64,000 nt of DNA from Candidatus Daviesbacteria bacterium (GTDB lineage: Bacteria; Patescibacteriota; Microgenomatia; Daviesbacterales; UBA10151): NCBI GenBank assembly GCA_016198275.1, contig JACQIX010000010.1, positions 172 to 64,171 on the forward strand, in the 5' to 3' direction. Under the pieces are notes generated by a model, which did no database searches, was not told the origin of the DNA, and saw nothing but the letters and a program-made list of their open reading frames with translations. This document shows, in pieces, positions 47,017-57,352 of this stretch. The first letter of the stretch is position 1, and the number at the start of each line of letters is the position of its first letter. Made by a program: the position numbers and the translations under genes.

Positions 47017-47331
47017 ATGAAAGTTAAGAAAGGTGATAAAGTTAGAGTACTTTTAGGAAAAGATCGGGGGAAAGAGGGCAAGGTTGAGCATGTATTAGCA
47101 AAAGCTAGGAAGGTTTTTGTGAGTGGGGTTAATCTTTATAAAAGACATATTAGAAAAATGCAGAATATAGAAGGTGGGATAATTGATATTCCCAAACCGC
47201 TTGATGTTTCTAATGTTGGTTTGATTTGTCCAAATTGTAATAAATTGACAAGGGTAGGTTATAAAAAGATAGGAAAAGATAAAATCAGGATTTGTAAAAA
47301 ATGCCAGAAAGAGGTTAAAGGACTTAAGTAA
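47017..47331 (+). CDS. rplX: 50S ribosomal protein L24
   Basis: KKGDKVRVLLGKDRGK KOW motif; CPNC..CKKC. Confidence 0.97.
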   Translation: MKVKKGDKVRVLLGKDRGKEGKVEHVLAKARKVFVSGVNLYKRHIRKMQNIEGGIIDIPKPLDVSNVGLICPNCNKLTRVGYKKIGKDKIRICKKCQKEVKGLK

Positions 47332-47334
47332 CTT

Positions 47335-47877
47335 ATGAATAGGTTAAAAGATAAGTATATAAATGAAGTGCAAGAGAAGTTAAAAAAAGAGCTTGGTTTA
47401 AAAAATGCCCTAGGAGTACCTTACTTGAGCAAAATAGTTATCAGTATTGGGTTGGGGGAAGCCAAGGATAACAATGGGGTAATAGAAAAAGTTAAATCTT
47501 ATTTTGCCTCTCTTTCAGGGCAATCACCGGTCGCTACCTATGCCAAAAGATCCATTGCCTCATTTAAGGTATCTAAAGGTCAACCTATTGGTGTGATGGT
47601 TACTTTAAGGGGAGATAAAATGTACGCTTTTTTAGATAAACTGATTAGTATTGTTTTGCCGAAGGTGAGAGATTTTAAAGGGATATCAGATACTTCTTTT
47701 GATGGCTTGGGGAATTTAAATATCGGATTAAAAGAACAGACTATTTTTCCAGAGGTTGATTACAAATTGATTGACAAAATTAGAGGTTTAGCAGTAACAA
47801 TTATCACTACTGCCAAAACTAAAGAAGAAGGTAGAAAACTATTAGAATATTTGGGAATGCCCTTTAAAAAAAGCTAG
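47335..47877 (+). CDS. rplE: 50S ribosomal protein L5
   Basis: [25 protein letters not shown]. Confidence 0.98.
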   Translation: MNRLKDKYINEVQEKLKKELGLKNALGVPYLSKIVISIGLGEAKDNNGVIEKVKSYFASLSGQSPVATYAKRSIASFKVSKGQPIGVMVTLRGDKMYAFLDKLISIVLPKVRDFKGISDTSFDGLGNLNIGLKEQTIFPEVDYKLIDKIRGLAVTIITTAKTKEEGRKLLEYLGMPFKKS

Positions 47878-47891
47878 CCCAAAAAAATTAT

Positions 47892-48071
47892 ATGGCCAAA
47901 GTTAGTAACATTGTAAAAACCAATTTTAAATATAAAGTAAGAGAGAGAAATCGCTGCATGCGATGTGGCAGATCCCGTGCAGTTTTGCGAAAATTCGGAC
48001 TTTGCAGACTTTGTTTTAGAGAATTAGCTCACTTGGGGTTGCTTCCCGGAGTGAAGAAAGCGAGTTGGTAG
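47892..48071 (+). CDS. rpsN: 30S ribosomal protein S14 (zinc-binding type), not in ORF track
   Basis: Manual translation [59 protein letters not shown]. Confidence 0.96.
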   Translation: MAKVSNIVKTNFKYKVRERNRCMRCGRSRAVLRKFGLCRLCFRELAHLGLLPGVKKASW

Positions 48072-48072
48072 T

Positions 48073-48450
48073 ATGAGCGATCCAGTGGCAGATGCATTAA
48101 TTAGAATAAAAAACGGTTATCAGGTTGGTAAAGTTTCTGTGGTGCTGCGCTTTTCCAAACTGATTTGGCAATTGGTAAAATTACTGCAAAAAGAAGGCTA
48201 TCTTGAATCTTGCGAGACAAAGGGAAGAGAAATTATAGTTTTTCTTAAATATAACTTAAGAAAACCCAGCTTAGCTGATGTTCAAAGGGTGTCTAAACCG
48301 TCGCTTAGGGTTTATAAAGGAGTTAAATATTTGCCAAGAGTATTGAATGGTTTAGGCATTGCTGTTGTTTCTACTCCCAAAGGATTATTGACTGATAAAG
48401 AGGCTCGTAAACAAAAAGTAGGAGGGGAAGTCTTGGCACTTGTCTGGTAA
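48073..48450 (+). CDS. rpsH: 30S ribosomal protein S8
   Basis: DPVADALIRIKN, SKPSLRVY, STPKG. Confidence 0.98.
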   Translation: MSDPVADALIRIKNGYQVGKVSVVLRFSKLIWQLVKLLQKEGYLESCETKGREIIVFLKYNLRKPSLADVQRVSKPSLRVYKGVKYLPRVLNGLGIAVVSTPKGLLTDKEARKQKVGGEVLALVW

Positions 48451-48452
48451 AT

Positions 48453-49019
48453 ATGAGTAGAATTGGTGAGTTACCAATATTAATACCAAGTGGCGTTACC
48501 ATTGAAAAAGATGGCGGCAATTTAATGGTAAATGGCCCTAAAGGAAATTTAAAAATGCAAATCGAAGAGTTAATTGATATAGAAGTAGAAACAGGAAAAG
48601 TTTTAATAAAAAGGAAAAAAGATGATAAAAGAGTAAAAGCCTTGCATGGTTTAACCAGAAGCTTAATCAGTAATATGGTATTAGGTGTATCTCAAGGCTG
48701 GAGCAAAAATTTGGAGCTGGTGGGAGTTGGATTTAGGGCTCAAGTTGGGGGTAATAAACTAGTTCTAAATGTGGGTTATTCCCATCCAGTGGAGATAGAA
48801 GCGCCGGTGGGAATCTCTTTTGAAGTTTCTGATAATACTAAAATTAAAGTTTCGGGAATCGACAAACAATTAGTTGGACAAATCTCTGCTGATATTAAAA
48901 AAGTGAGAGCCCCTGATGTATATAAGGGCAAAGGGATACGATACGCTGGAGAATATATCAGGAAGAAAGTAGGCAAGAGTGCCAAAGCAGGAGTTACGGG
49001 TGTGGGAGGAGCGAAATGA
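48453..49019 (+). CDS. rplF: 50S ribosomal protein L6
   Basis: MSRIG, GYSHPV, YKGKGIRY. Confidence 0.98.
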   Translation: MSRIGELPILIPSGVTIEKDGGNLMVNGPKGNLKMQIEELIDIEVETGKVLIKRKKDDKRVKALHGLTRSLISNMVLGVSQGWSKNLELVGVGFRAQVGGNKLVLNVGYSHPVEIEAPVGISFEVSDNTKIKVSGIDKQLVGQISADIKKVRAPDVYKGKGIRYAGEYIRKKVGKSAKAGVTGVGGAK

Positions 49020-49351
49020 ATAAGAGTTTAAGGATAAAAAGACATTTTAAAATCAGAAAAAGGGTTGTCGGGACTAGTAATAGGCCAAGACTTTCTGTGT
49101 TTAGGTCCAATAAACATATTTATGCTCAGATTATCGACGACAGTTTGGCTAAAACTTTGGTTTCAGTTTCAGATCTTAAACTGGAAAGAATTAAAAAAAC
49201 TGCTGCGGCTTTTGAGATAGGTAAAAAATTGGCCACAGCTGCTGTAAGAAATAAAATTAAAGAGGTTGTTTTTGACAGGGGCGGTTTTTTATACCATGGT
49301 AGAATAGCAGAGTTTGCCAAAGGTGCCAGAGAAGGAGGGTTGAAATTTTAA
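49016..49351 (+). CDS. rplR: 50S ribosomal protein L18
   Basis: RPRLSVFRSNKHIYAQIIDD, FDRGGFLYHGR. Confidence 0.98.
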   Translation: MNKSLRIKRHFKIRKRVVGTSNRPRLSVFRSNKHIYAQIIDDSLAKTLVSVSDLKLERIKKTAAAFEIGKKLATAAVRNKIKEVVFDRGGFLYHGRIAEFAKGAREGGLKF

Positions 49352-49354
49352 AAT

Positions 49355-49822
49355 ATGATAGTCAAGAATCAATCAGTAAATACTGAACTTGGAGAATACT
49401 TTGAACGGGTGGTGCAAGTTAATAGGGTATCTAAAAAAACCAAAGGAGGAGACAGGAGATCTTTATCTGTTTTGGTGGTGGTGGGGGATAAAAAAGGTAG
49501 AGTTGGGGTAGGGTTAGGTAAGGCTCAAGATGTACAATCTGCTGTCAGGAAAGCTACCAGCTATGCAAAAAAACATCTAATTGAGGTTGTCTTAAAGGGA
49601 ACGAGTATCCCTCATCAAATTTTAGTCAAAAAGGGAGCAGCCAAGGTTTTATTAAAACCAGCCCCAGTTGGAAGCGGAGTGATTGCCGGAGGAGCAGTCA
49701 GGGTGGTAGTGGAAGCAGCAGGTATCCACGATATTGTTTCCAAAACTTTAGGCACCAAAAATAAAGCTTCTAATGTTTATGCTACACTGGAGGCATTGGG
49801 GAAGTTGAGGAAGATTATATGA
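49355..49822 (+). CDS. rpsE: 30S ribosomal protein S5
   Basis: RVSKKTKGG, VGVGLGKA, GVIAGG. Confidence 0.98.
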   Translation: MIVKNQSVNTELGEYFERVVQVNRVSKKTKGGDRRSLSVLVVVGDKKGRVGVGLGKAQDVQSAVRKATSYAKKHLIEVVLKGTSIPHQILVKKGAAKVLLKPAPVGSGVIAGGAVRVVVEAAGIHDIVSKTLGTKNKASNVYATLEALGKLRKII

Positions 49823-50253
49823 AACTACATCAGTTAATTAAAATAAAAGCCAGATCGAAAAAACGTCGTGGTCGTGGAATTGGTTCTGGCAAAGGTAAAA
49901 CCGCCGGCAGGGGTAGTAAAGGTCAAAAGGCCAGAGGTAAAATTCCTCTAACTTTCACCGGCAGCCTGTCTTTGTATAAAAAATTGCCGCTGAGACGGGG
50001 TTTTGGTAATCCCAAATTAACATCTAAATTGAAGTTAGTCAGCCTTTCCCAGCTTAATATTTTTAATCCTAAAACTGTAATTGATTTAGAGCAATTGATT
50101 AAAGCTAAAATTATCAGTCAAAGGCAAGCGCGGATGGGAGTAAAAATTTTAGGGAATGGTGAAGTAAAACATCCTTTAGTGATTAAATTGTCCCTATCTT
50201 CCTCAGCCCGGCAGAAGATAGAGGATAAAGGGGGAAAGGTAGAATATGCATGA
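49819..50253 (+). CDS. rplO: 50S ribosomal protein L15
   Basis: [30 protein letters not shown]. Confidence 0.97.
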   Translation: MKLHQLIKIKARSKKRRGRGIGSGKGKTAGRGSKGQKARGKIPLTFTGSLSLYKKLPLRRGFGNPKLTSKLKLVSLSQLNIFNPKTVIDLEQLIKAKIISQRQARMGVKILGNGEVKHPLVIKLSLSSSARQKIEDKGGKVEYA

Positions 50254-51535
50254 ACTGCTCTCCCCCATTATTAAAGCCTTCAAGATTGCCGAACTTCGCC
50301 GAAAAATTTTGATTACTTCAGCAATAGTGATTATTTTTAGGATTGCCGCCCACATTCCGGTATCAGGGGTGGATTTGGCACTCTTACAACAACTTTTTGC
50401 CTCCAACCAATTTTTAGGACTGCTGGATATTTTTTCTGGAGGAACTTTGGCCAATTTTTCCGTAATTTCATTAGGTTTAAATCCTTATATTAATGCTTCT
50501 ATTATCCTACAACTTTTGACCATGATTGTGCCGTCTTTGGAAGCTTTATCTAAAGAAGGTGAAATGGGCAGGCAAATGATTAATCAATATACCAGATACT
50601 TAACTGTGCCGCTGGCAATAGTCCAATCAATCGGGATGTTTATTTTGCTAAAAAACCAAGGAATAATCACTCAAATTAGTCCCATCCAGATTGCCTCAAT
50701 TATTGTAGGCATGACAGCAGGGACTATTTTTCTAATGTGGCTGGGGGAGTTAATCACGGAATATGGTATCGGTCAGGGCATCAGTCTGTTAATTTTTGCA
50801 GGAATCGTCTCAAGGGTGCCCGTGGTGATAACTCAAACAGTTTCTGTTGTGGATCAAACACAAATTTTGAATATACTAATCTTTTTAGGATTGGCCATTT
50901 TGGTGATAGCAGGGATAGTTTTTATTAATGAGGGACGAAGGCAAATTACCGTGCAATATGCCAGAAGGTTTGTGGCAGGAAAAGGGCAGACAGGTGCTCA
51001 GACTTATCTGCCTCTCAGAGTTAATCAAGCTGGAGTTATCCCGATTATTTTTGCCGTATCTTTGGTCTTGATCCCCTCTTTTGCCGGCTCATATCTGGCT
51101 CAACTTAACCAGCCCCAACTTAATTTCCTGGGCAGGATATTAAGTGCTAATTTTAACCCCGGCAGTTTAGTTTATAACCTGGTTTATTTTGGTTTGGTGG
51201 TAGGTTTTACTTTTTTCTATACTGCGGTAATTTTTAATCCAAGCAAAGTCTCAGATGAGATTAAAAAATATGGAGGGTTTATTCCTGGGATAAGGCCAGG
51301 TATTCAAACAGCCGGATTCTTAAACTATATTATGGTTAGAATTACTTTGACTGGAGCAATATTTTTAGGTGCTATTGCCATTCTACCTTCAATTGCCTCA
51401 CAAATTACAGGGATCAAGACTTTAATTTTAGGGGGGACAGGACTTTTGATTGTGGTCTCAGTTATTTTAGACACAGCCAAACAATTTGAGTCTAAGCTAA
51501 TTGAGCGAAGCTATGAGGTGTTTGCCAGAAGGTAA
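50246..51535 (+). CDS. secY: Preprotein translocase SecY
   Basis: [41 protein letters not shown]. Confidence 0.99.
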   Translation: MHELLSPIIKAFKIAELRRKILITSAIVIIFRIAAHIPVSGVDLALLQQLFASNQFLGLLDIFSGGTLANFSVISLGLNPYINASIILQLLTMIVPSLEALSKEGEMGRQMINQYTRYLTVPLAIVQSIGMFILLKNQGIITQISPIQIASIIVGMTAGTIFLMWLGELITEYGIGQGISLLIFAGIVSRVPVVITQTVSVVDQTQILNILIFLGLAILVIAGIVFINEGRRQITVQYARRFVAGKGQTGAQTYLPLRVNQAGVIPIIFAVSLVLIPSFAGSYLAQLNQPQLNFLGRILSANFNPGSLVYNLVYFGLVVGFTFFYTAVIFNPSKVSDEIKKYGGFIPGIRPGIQTAGFLNYIMVRITLTGAIFLGAIAILPSIASQITGIKTLILGGTGLLIVVSVILDTAKQFESKLIERSYEVFARR

Positions 51536-51594
51536 GTAGGTTTAACTACCCTCTGTTGACTTCGGGTAATTTTTGGGCTATGCTATTTTTGGAA

Positions 51595-51939
51595 ATGGAT
51601 AAATGGAAAGTTCTTTATTACATCTCCCCGTCTGGTGATAATCTTGTAAGAAATTTTCTAGATGTCCATCTAAAGGTTAAGGTCAAAGCCTTAAGAATTT
51701 TTTCTAATATAGAAGAATATGGCTTAACCGCTGTAATCCCGCATATTAAAAAATTAACAGGTACTCCACTTTGGGAAATTAGAATTTTAGGAGAAGATAG
51801 TGTCAGAATTTTGTACGTTACAAGACGAAAGAAACAAGTTGTACTGCTTCATGCTTTTGTTAAAAAGAAAGACAAAACTCCAAAGAGAGAGATTGATGTA
51901 GCTTTAGTAAGAGTTAAAGAGATTGAGGACTTGAAATAA
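51595..51939 (+). CDS. RelE/HigB-family toxin (Gp49-like)
   Basis: PHIKKL..TPLWEIR, RILY, LLHAFVKK..KTP..EI; TTGACT-17-TATGCT promoter just upstream. Confidence 0.85.
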   Translation: MDKWKVLYYISPSGDNLVRNFLDVHLKVKVKALRIFSNIEEYGLTAVIPHIKKLTGTPLWEIRILGEDSVRILYVTRRKKQVVLLHAFVKKKDKTPKREIDVALVRVKEIEDLK

Positions 51940-51965
51940 TATATCGTAAAAGATATTATAGAAAC

Positions 51966-52244
51966 ATGAAAGTTTACACTTTTCAAGATCATCTAAAAGA
52001 GAGTTTAAAAAACCCTGAGTTTAAAAAAGCTTGGGAAGAATCTGAGGCTGAATATCAAGTCAGCAGAGTTTTAATTACTGCCAGGATTAAAAGAAAAATA
52101 TCGCAAAAGGAACTGGCTAAAAGGGCAAATACCACTCAAGCAGTGATCTCCAGATTAGAAGGAATGAATGCTAATCCTTCAATAGGGCTTTTACAAAAAA
52201 TAGCCCAAGCCCTTAATTTAAAGGTTAAAATTCAGTTTGAATAA
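51966..52244 (+). CDS. HigA-like XRE HTH antitoxin
   Basis: ISQKELAKRANTTQAVISRLE..NPSI..L.KIA; own TTGAAA-17-TATTAT promoter with ATATC..GATAT inverted repeat. Confidence 0.88.
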   Translation: MKVYTFQDHLKESLKNPEFKKAWEESEAEYQVSRVLITARIKRKISQKELAKRANTTQAVISRLEGMNANPSIGLLQKIAQALNLKVKIQFE

Positions 52245-52287
52245 ACTTTGAAAAAGATCAATAATTATTTACAGTTAGTATAGAAGT

Positions 52288-52566
52288 ATGGCTGAAGAGT
52301 TAAAAAGAGCTACTGCGATTGAACAAACGGGTGACAAAACTTCAGAATGGTTATTCCTGTATGGAAAAATAATTTACAATGAAGCAACTTCACTTCTTGC
52401 TAAGTATCTTCCCCAGGCATTCCCTCAAGAATCTACTGAAGTTTTATTCGACATACAACCCCTCTATTTAGGAAAATTTAAGGGCAAGCATTATATAGCT
52501 ATACAAGATACTTATACTTCTAATTTAGATAATTACTTGCCTAAAAAACCAAAGATCCTGATATAA
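52288..52566 (+). CDS. Hypothetical protein
   Basis: 92-aa ORF in operon orientation, no motif recognised. Confidence 0.45.
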   Translation: MAEELKRATAIEQTGDKTSEWLFLYGKIIYNEATSLLAKYLPQAFPQESTEVLFDIQPLYLGKFKGKHYIAIQDTYTSNLDNYLPKKPKILI

Positions 52567-52573
52567 TGGTTTA

Positions 52574-53098
52574 ATGAAAATATTACTTATTGGTCCACAG
52601 GGGTCTGGTAAGTCTACCCAAGGCAGATTATTAGAACAAAATTTGCAAATTCCCTATATCTCAACCGGTGATATTTTTAGACAAATTGCCCAACAAAATT
52701 CTGAGGAAGGTAAAAAAATTAAGCAAATTTTAGAATCCGGTCAACTGGTTGACGATCAAACAACAGCACGGCTTTTAGAGGAAAGAGTTAAAAAACCTGA
52801 TTGCCAAAATGGTTTTATTTTAGATGGATATCCTAGAAATTTAGAACAGGTAAAACTAATTAATTTAAACTTTGACAAGGTATTTTTTTTAAATACTCCA
52901 AAAGAAGTTGCACTTGATAGACTTCTAAAAAGAGGAAGAAGTGATGATACTGAAGAGTCAATCACCAAAAGACTCACTTTATATTACCAGCAAACCGAAG
53001 CCTTGCTAGACTATTACAAAAATCAGGGCATACTTGCTGGGATTGATGGTAGGGGAGAAATCCAATCTATCCAAGATGAAATCAAGAAATCATTATGA
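52574..53098 (+). CDS. adk: Adenylate kinase (short LID)
   Basis: GPQGSGKSTQ, STGDIFR, LDGYPR, RGRSDD. Confidence 0.96.
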   Translation: MKILLIGPQGSGKSTQGRLLEQNLQIPYISTGDIFRQIAQQNSEEGKKIKQILESGQLVDDQTTARLLEERVKKPDCQNGFILDGYPRNLEQVKLINLNFDKVFFLNTPKEVALDRLLKRGRSDDTEESITKRLTLYYQQTEALLDYYKNQGILAGIDGRGEIQSIQDEIKKSL

Positions 53099-53831
53099 GT
53101 TGGAGTTGATGAAGAAATCTGGCAAGATTGCCTCATTTGCTTTAAAGAAAGCTCTTGAGAAAATTAAGGTAGGGGTATCAGAATTTGAAGTGGATAAAAC
53201 AGCTCAAGAAGAGATTTATAAGTTGGGAGGAGACTTGTCTTATAAAAGTGTACCTGGATATAAATATGCTACTTGTGTGACAGTGAATGAACAAGTTGTT
53301 CATGGTATTCCGACTGAAAGAAAATTTATGCCAGGAGATTTAGTATCAGTTGATCTAGCTGTATCTTACAAAGGTTGGCATACTGATTGTGCTTGGAGTG
53401 TGATAGTTGAAGGACAGAAGATAGAGGATAAAAAACAGAAAGAAAAATTTCTAAAAACCGGAGAACAAGCTTTATGGGATGGAATCAGTCAGGCTATAGC
53501 AGGTAATAGGATTGGAGATATATCAGCGGCAATCCAGACTAGAATCGAAAGTGAGGGATACAATGTGGTGCGGAGCTTAGTTGGTCATGGAATTGGCAGG
53601 CAGTTGCATGAAGAACCGGAAATTCCTGGGGTTGGCAAGGCAGGAGTAGGGGTGATTTTAAAAAAGGGGATGACTTTGGCAATTGAAGTAATTTATACTC
53701 AAGGGTCATATGAAGTGATTTTAGAACAAGATGGTTGGACTTATTCCACAGCAGATAAAACCTGGGCAGGTTTGTTTGAAATGACTGTAATTGTGGGTAA
53801 AGATAAAGCTGAGGTTTTAACTGAGATGTAA
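53076..53831 (+). CDS. map: Methionine aminopeptidase type I
   Basis: VNEQVVHGIP, DL..GWHTD, GHGIG..LHEEP. Confidence 0.96.
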   Translation: MKSRNHYELELMKKSGKIASFALKKALEKIKVGVSEFEVDKTAQEEIYKLGGDLSYKSVPGYKYATCVTVNEQVVHGIPTERKFMPGDLVSVDLAVSYKGWHTDCAWSVIVEGQKIEDKKQKEKFLKTGEQALWDGISQAIAGNRIGDISAAIQTRIESEGYNVVRSLVGHGIGRQLHEEPEIPGVGKAGVGVILKKGMTLAIEVIYTQGSYEVILEQDGWTYSTADKTWAGLFEMTVIVGKDKAEVLTEM

Positions 53832-53884
53832 TTATGGGTTGTATTATGAAGCTAGCTTTGATAAAATGCTAGGGTTCAAGAAAC

Positions 53885-54124
53885 ATGGCTAAAGATGTGA
53901 TTGAGGTAGAAGGTAAAGTAGTTGAGGTTTTGCCAAATACTTTATTTAGAGTGGAAATAACCAAAAGTGAAGTAACCCAGCTGATTGGGCGGGTGATTTT
54001 ATGCCATATCTCCGGTAAAATGAGAATGCATTATATCAGGCTTTTGGAAGGAGACAGGGTTAGGATTGAGATGAGCCCGAAATATGATTTGGATAAGGGA
54101 AGGATCACGTTTAGATTGAAATGA
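53885..54124 (+). CDS. infA: Translation initiation factor IF-1
   Basis: EVLPN, HISGKMR..YIR...GD.V, KGRITFR. Confidence 0.97.
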   Translation: MAKDVIEVEGKVVEVLPNTLFRVEITKSEVTQLIGRVILCHISGKMRMHYIRLLEGDRVRIEMSPKYDLDKGRITFRLK

Positions 54125-54128
54125 TTAT

Positions 54129-54245
54129 ATGAAAGTGGCAGCGTCAATTAAAGCAAGATGTAAATTTTGCAAAATAGTCAAGCGCGAGGGTATCTTATAT
54201 GTCATCTGTCCTCGTGACCCGAGACATAAACAAAGACAAGGATAG
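54129..54245 (+). CDS. rpmJ: 50S ribosomal protein L36, not in ORF track
   Basis: Manual translation [38 protein letters not shown]. Confidence 0.96.
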   Translation: MKVAASIKARCKFCKIVKREGILYVICPRDPRHKQRQG

Positions 54246-54276
54246 AATGAATTTTAAATTTGGGAGGACTGTATAA

Positions 54277-54696
54277 ATGGCTCGCATAGCTGGGGTGGAT
54301 CTGCCAGAAAATAAAAGAGTAGATATTGGTTTAACCTATATTTTTGGTATAGGCAGATCTAATGTGGTTTCAATTATCAAAGATACTGGGGTGGACGGGG
54401 CCAAAAGAGTTAAAGATTTAACTGAAGAGGAAATTAATAAACTGCAAAAAGAACTAGAGAAATTTAAGGTAGAAGGGGATTTGAGGCAAGAAATAGAGCA
54501 AAACATCAAAAGATTGGAAGAGATTGGAAGTTATAGGGGTTTAAGACATAGAAAAGGCTTGCCAACCAGAGGACAAAGAACCCGCTCCAATGCCAGGACT
54601 AAGCGAGGTAAAAGAAAGACTGTCGGTACTGTCAGGAAGGAAGTAGTGGCAAAAACTGGCTCTCCTCCAGTTGAAGCAGGAGGAAAAAATGGTTAA
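54277..54696 (+). CDS. rpsM: 30S ribosomal protein S13
   Basis: [23 protein letters not shown]. Confidence 0.98.
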   Translation: MARIAGVDLPENKRVDIGLTYIFGIGRSNVVSIIKDTGVDGAKRVKDLTEEEINKLQKELEKFKVEGDLRQEIEQNIKRLEEIGSYRGLRHRKGLPTRGQRTRSNARTKRGKRKTVGTVRKEVVAKTGSPPVEAGGKNG

Positions 54697-55081
54697 AAGA
54701 AAGATACAAATTAAAAAACAAAAAACAGAACGGAGACTAACTTCTGGCAGAGTGTACGTGACAGCCACTTTTAATAATACCTTGGTTACCCTGACAGATA
54801 ATACAGGAAATACCTTAGCTTGGGGAACATCCGGTTCAGCTGGTTTTAAAGGTGCCAGAAAAGCCACCCCCTTTGCTGCAATTTCTGCCATGGAAAAAGT
54901 TGCTCAAAAGGCCAAACAATTAGGTATGAGTAATTGTGAGGTATATATCAAAGGACCAGGTTCAGGTAGGGATGCTACCATCAAAGCTTTAAGAGGGGCA
55001 GGTATTAATATCACGATGATTGCTGATGTTACACCGATACCGCACAATGGCCCCAGACCAAAAAAACGGAGGAGAGTTTAA
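54689..55081 (+). CDS. rpsK: 30S ribosomal protein S11
   Basis: [26 protein letters not shown]; ATG after AGGAGG. Confidence 0.98.
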   Translation: MVKRKIQIKKQKTERRLTSGRVYVTATFNNTLVTLTDNTGNTLAWGTSGSAGFKGARKATPFAAISAMEKVAQKAKQLGMSNCEVYIKGPGSGRDATIKALRGAGINITMIADVTPIPHNGPRPKKRRRV

Positions 55082-55683
55082 TGGGTAGGTATACTGGACC
55101 AAAACGTAGATTATCACGGCGTGAGGGTATTCCCCTATTTGCAAAAGATGCTAAAGCAATTGAGCGCAAAGGAGCAGTAGCTCCAGGACAACATGGAGCC
55201 AGAAAGAGGAGAAGAGTGTCGGAATATGGCTTGCAGCTTCGGGAAAAGCAAAAAATGAAAAGAATGTTTGGCCTTTTGGAGAAGCAATTTAAAAGATATT
55301 TTTTGCAAGCCTCCAAAGTTAAAGGGGCAACAGGCTTATCTTTATTGCAAAGCCTGGAGACCAGATTAGATAATGTAGTTTACAAGCTAGGGTTTGCCAA
55401 AAGCAGAGCAGGAGCAAGGCAACTGGTTTCACACGGTCATATTAGGGTAATGGATAAAAAAGTAAATATTCCTTCCTATAATGTTAAGGTGGGTCAGACT
55501 ATTGCATTGTCTTCGCAAATAAGAGATAATACCCAGGTTAAAAAGAGCCTGGAAGATATCGGGGCTTTGCCGGAGTGGCTTCAAAGACAAGCTACAGTGG
55601 GAAAGGTTTTAAGAATACCCGGCAGGGACGAGATGGAACAATCAATTGATGAGCAGTTAATTGTGGAGTATTACAGTAGGTAA
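55081..55683 (+). CDS. rpsD: 30S ribosomal protein S4
   Basis: PGQHG, LREKQK, LETRLDNVV, IVEYYSR. Confidence 0.98.
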   Translation: MGRYTGPKRRLSRREGIPLFAKDAKAIERKGAVAPGQHGARKRRRVSEYGLQLREKQKMKRMFGLLEKQFKRYFLQASKVKGATGLSLLQSLETRLDNVVYKLGFAKSRAGARQLVSHGHIRVMDKKVNIPSYNVKVGQTIALSSQIRDNTQVKKSLEDIGALPEWLQRQATVGKVLRIPGRDEMEQSIDEQLIVEYYSR

Positions 55684-55685
55684 AA

Positions 55686-56591
55686 ATGTTTAAAGTAAAA
55701 ATAGAAAAAGAAGCAGAAAATTTTGCCAAAATTGCCATTGAGCCGCTTGATGAAGGCTTTGGCCATACTTTGGGTAATAGCATAAGGCGGGTACTCCTGA
55801 CTTCTTTGGAAGGAGCTGCTGTAACATCAGTAAAAATAGATGGAATTTCACATCAGTTTTCCACTATTGACGGGGTAATGGAAGATGTAATTGAGATAAT
55901 TTTAAATATTAAAAAAATCCGCCTTAATGTTCATTCTGATAAAGGTATTAAGTTAAGATTGAAAGCTTCAGGTAAAAGAGAGGTGAAAGCAGCTGATTTG
56001 GAAATAGAAGGAGATGGAGAAATTGCAAATAAAGATCAGGTAATTGCTACTTTAACAGATAGCAAATCCAAGCTTAATATGGAGATGACAGCTGAGAAAG
56101 GAAAGGGATATTCAACTGCAGATGAGAGAAAATCGAGTGAAATCGGCGCGATTGCCACTGATGCTTTATTTAGCCCGGTTGTGGCTATTAATTATAGTGT
56201 AGAACCAACCAGAGTGGGTAGAAGAACAGATTTTGATAAGCTAATTCTGGATGTAACAACTGACGGAACTATTACTCCTTTGGAGGTAATAAATCAAGCA
56301 GCCAGGATTTTGTCTGAAACTTTCAGAAAGATTTATGAGCCGGTAATTGAAGAGGAAACAGAAGATACTTCTTCCAAAATCTCCGAAGAGGTTTTAAAAT
56401 TAACTATAGAAGAGTTGGATTTACCTGTTCGAATAACCAATGCCCTTAAAGCAATTGAAATTAATACTATTGAGGATTTAATTAATACGCCCCGCCCTTC
56501 CCTTTTTAAAGCCAAAAATTTGGGTAATAAATCTTTAAGTTTAATATCAGAGAAGCTTTTGGAGAGGGGGTTGACTCTGCGTGAGGCATAG
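55686..56591 (+). CDS. rpoA: RNA polymerase alpha subunit
   Basis: EPL..GFGHTLGNSIRRVLL, DALFSPV, alpha-CTD. Confidence 0.98.
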   Translation: MFKVKIEKEAENFAKIAIEPLDEGFGHTLGNSIRRVLLTSLEGAAVTSVKIDGISHQFSTIDGVMEDVIEIILNIKKIRLNVHSDKGIKLRLKASGKREVKAADLEIEGDGEIANKDQVIATLTDSKSKLNMEMTAEKGKGYSTADERKSSEIGAIATDALFSPVVAINYSVEPTRVGRRTDFDKLILDVTTDGTITPLEVINQAARILSETFRKIYEPVIEEETEDTSSKISEEVLKLTIEELDLPVRITNALKAIEINTIEDLINTPRPSLFKAKNLGNKSLSLISEKLLERGLTLREA

Positions 56592-56949
56592 AGTTTATGG
56601 TAGCAAACTTGGCAGAAATAAAAACGAACGGGTTACGCTATTTAAAGGTTTAGCCCGTCAGTTATTCCTGCATGGGACCATCATCACTTCTGAGAGTAAA
56701 GCTAAAGCTGTTAAAGGCATAATTGATAAAATTATCAATCTGGCTAAGAACAAAAATTCGCAAAGGTTGCTAGAAACCTATTTTACTAACAGATTAATAC
56801 AGGAAAGATTAATCAAAGAAATTGCTCCCAAGTTACAAAACAGGGTTTCGGGTTATACCTCTTTAGTTAGATTAGGAGAAAGAGAAGGAGACAGAACCAC
56901 TTTAGTAAAGATGAGTCTGATTGGAATGGAAGAGTTGAAACCACTTTAA
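56581..56949 (+). CDS. rplQ: 50S ribosomal protein L17
   Basis: MRHR...KLGR, SGYT, R.GD; GTG start. Confidence 0.96.
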   Translation: MRHRVYGSKLGRNKNERVTLFKGLARQLFLHGTIITSESKAKAVKGIIDKIINLAKNKNSQRLLETYFTNRLIQERLIKEIAPKLQNRVSGYTSLVRLGEREGDRTTLVKMSLIGMEELKPL

Positions 56950-56956
56950 CAAAATA

Positions 56957-57352
56957 ATGAGTACCAACGTTATTTCTGCAAAAGATATTAAAAGAGAAAA
57001 ATATCAAATTGATGCCTCAGGAAAAATTTTAGGCAGACTGGCAACCGAGGTGGCAACTCTATTGATGGGTAAGAATAAACCAAACTATGTTCCTTATTTA
57101 GATATGGGAGACTTCGTGGTGGTGATAAATGCTGGCTTAATTAAATTAAGCGGTAAAAAGCAAACAAATAAAATCTATACCCGCCATTCAGGTTATCCGG
57201 GAGGACTTAAAGTGGAAACATTTGATAAGATAATTTCCCGAAGACCCGAATATGTGATAGAACATGCGGTCAAGGGTATGTTGCCTCATAATAAGTTGGG
57301 TAAAAAAATGATTAAGAAATTAAAAGTTTTTAAAGGAGAGGAAGTTAAGTGA
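56957..57352 (+). CDS. rplM: 50S ribosomal protein L13
   Basis: [23 protein letters not shown]. Confidence 0.98.
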   Translation: MSTNVISAKDIKREKYQIDASGKILGRLATEVATLLMGKNKPNYVPYLDMGDFVVVINAGLIKLSGKKQTNKIYTRHSGYPGGLKVETFDKIISRRPEYVIEHAVKGMLPHNKLGKKMIKKLKVFKGEEVK

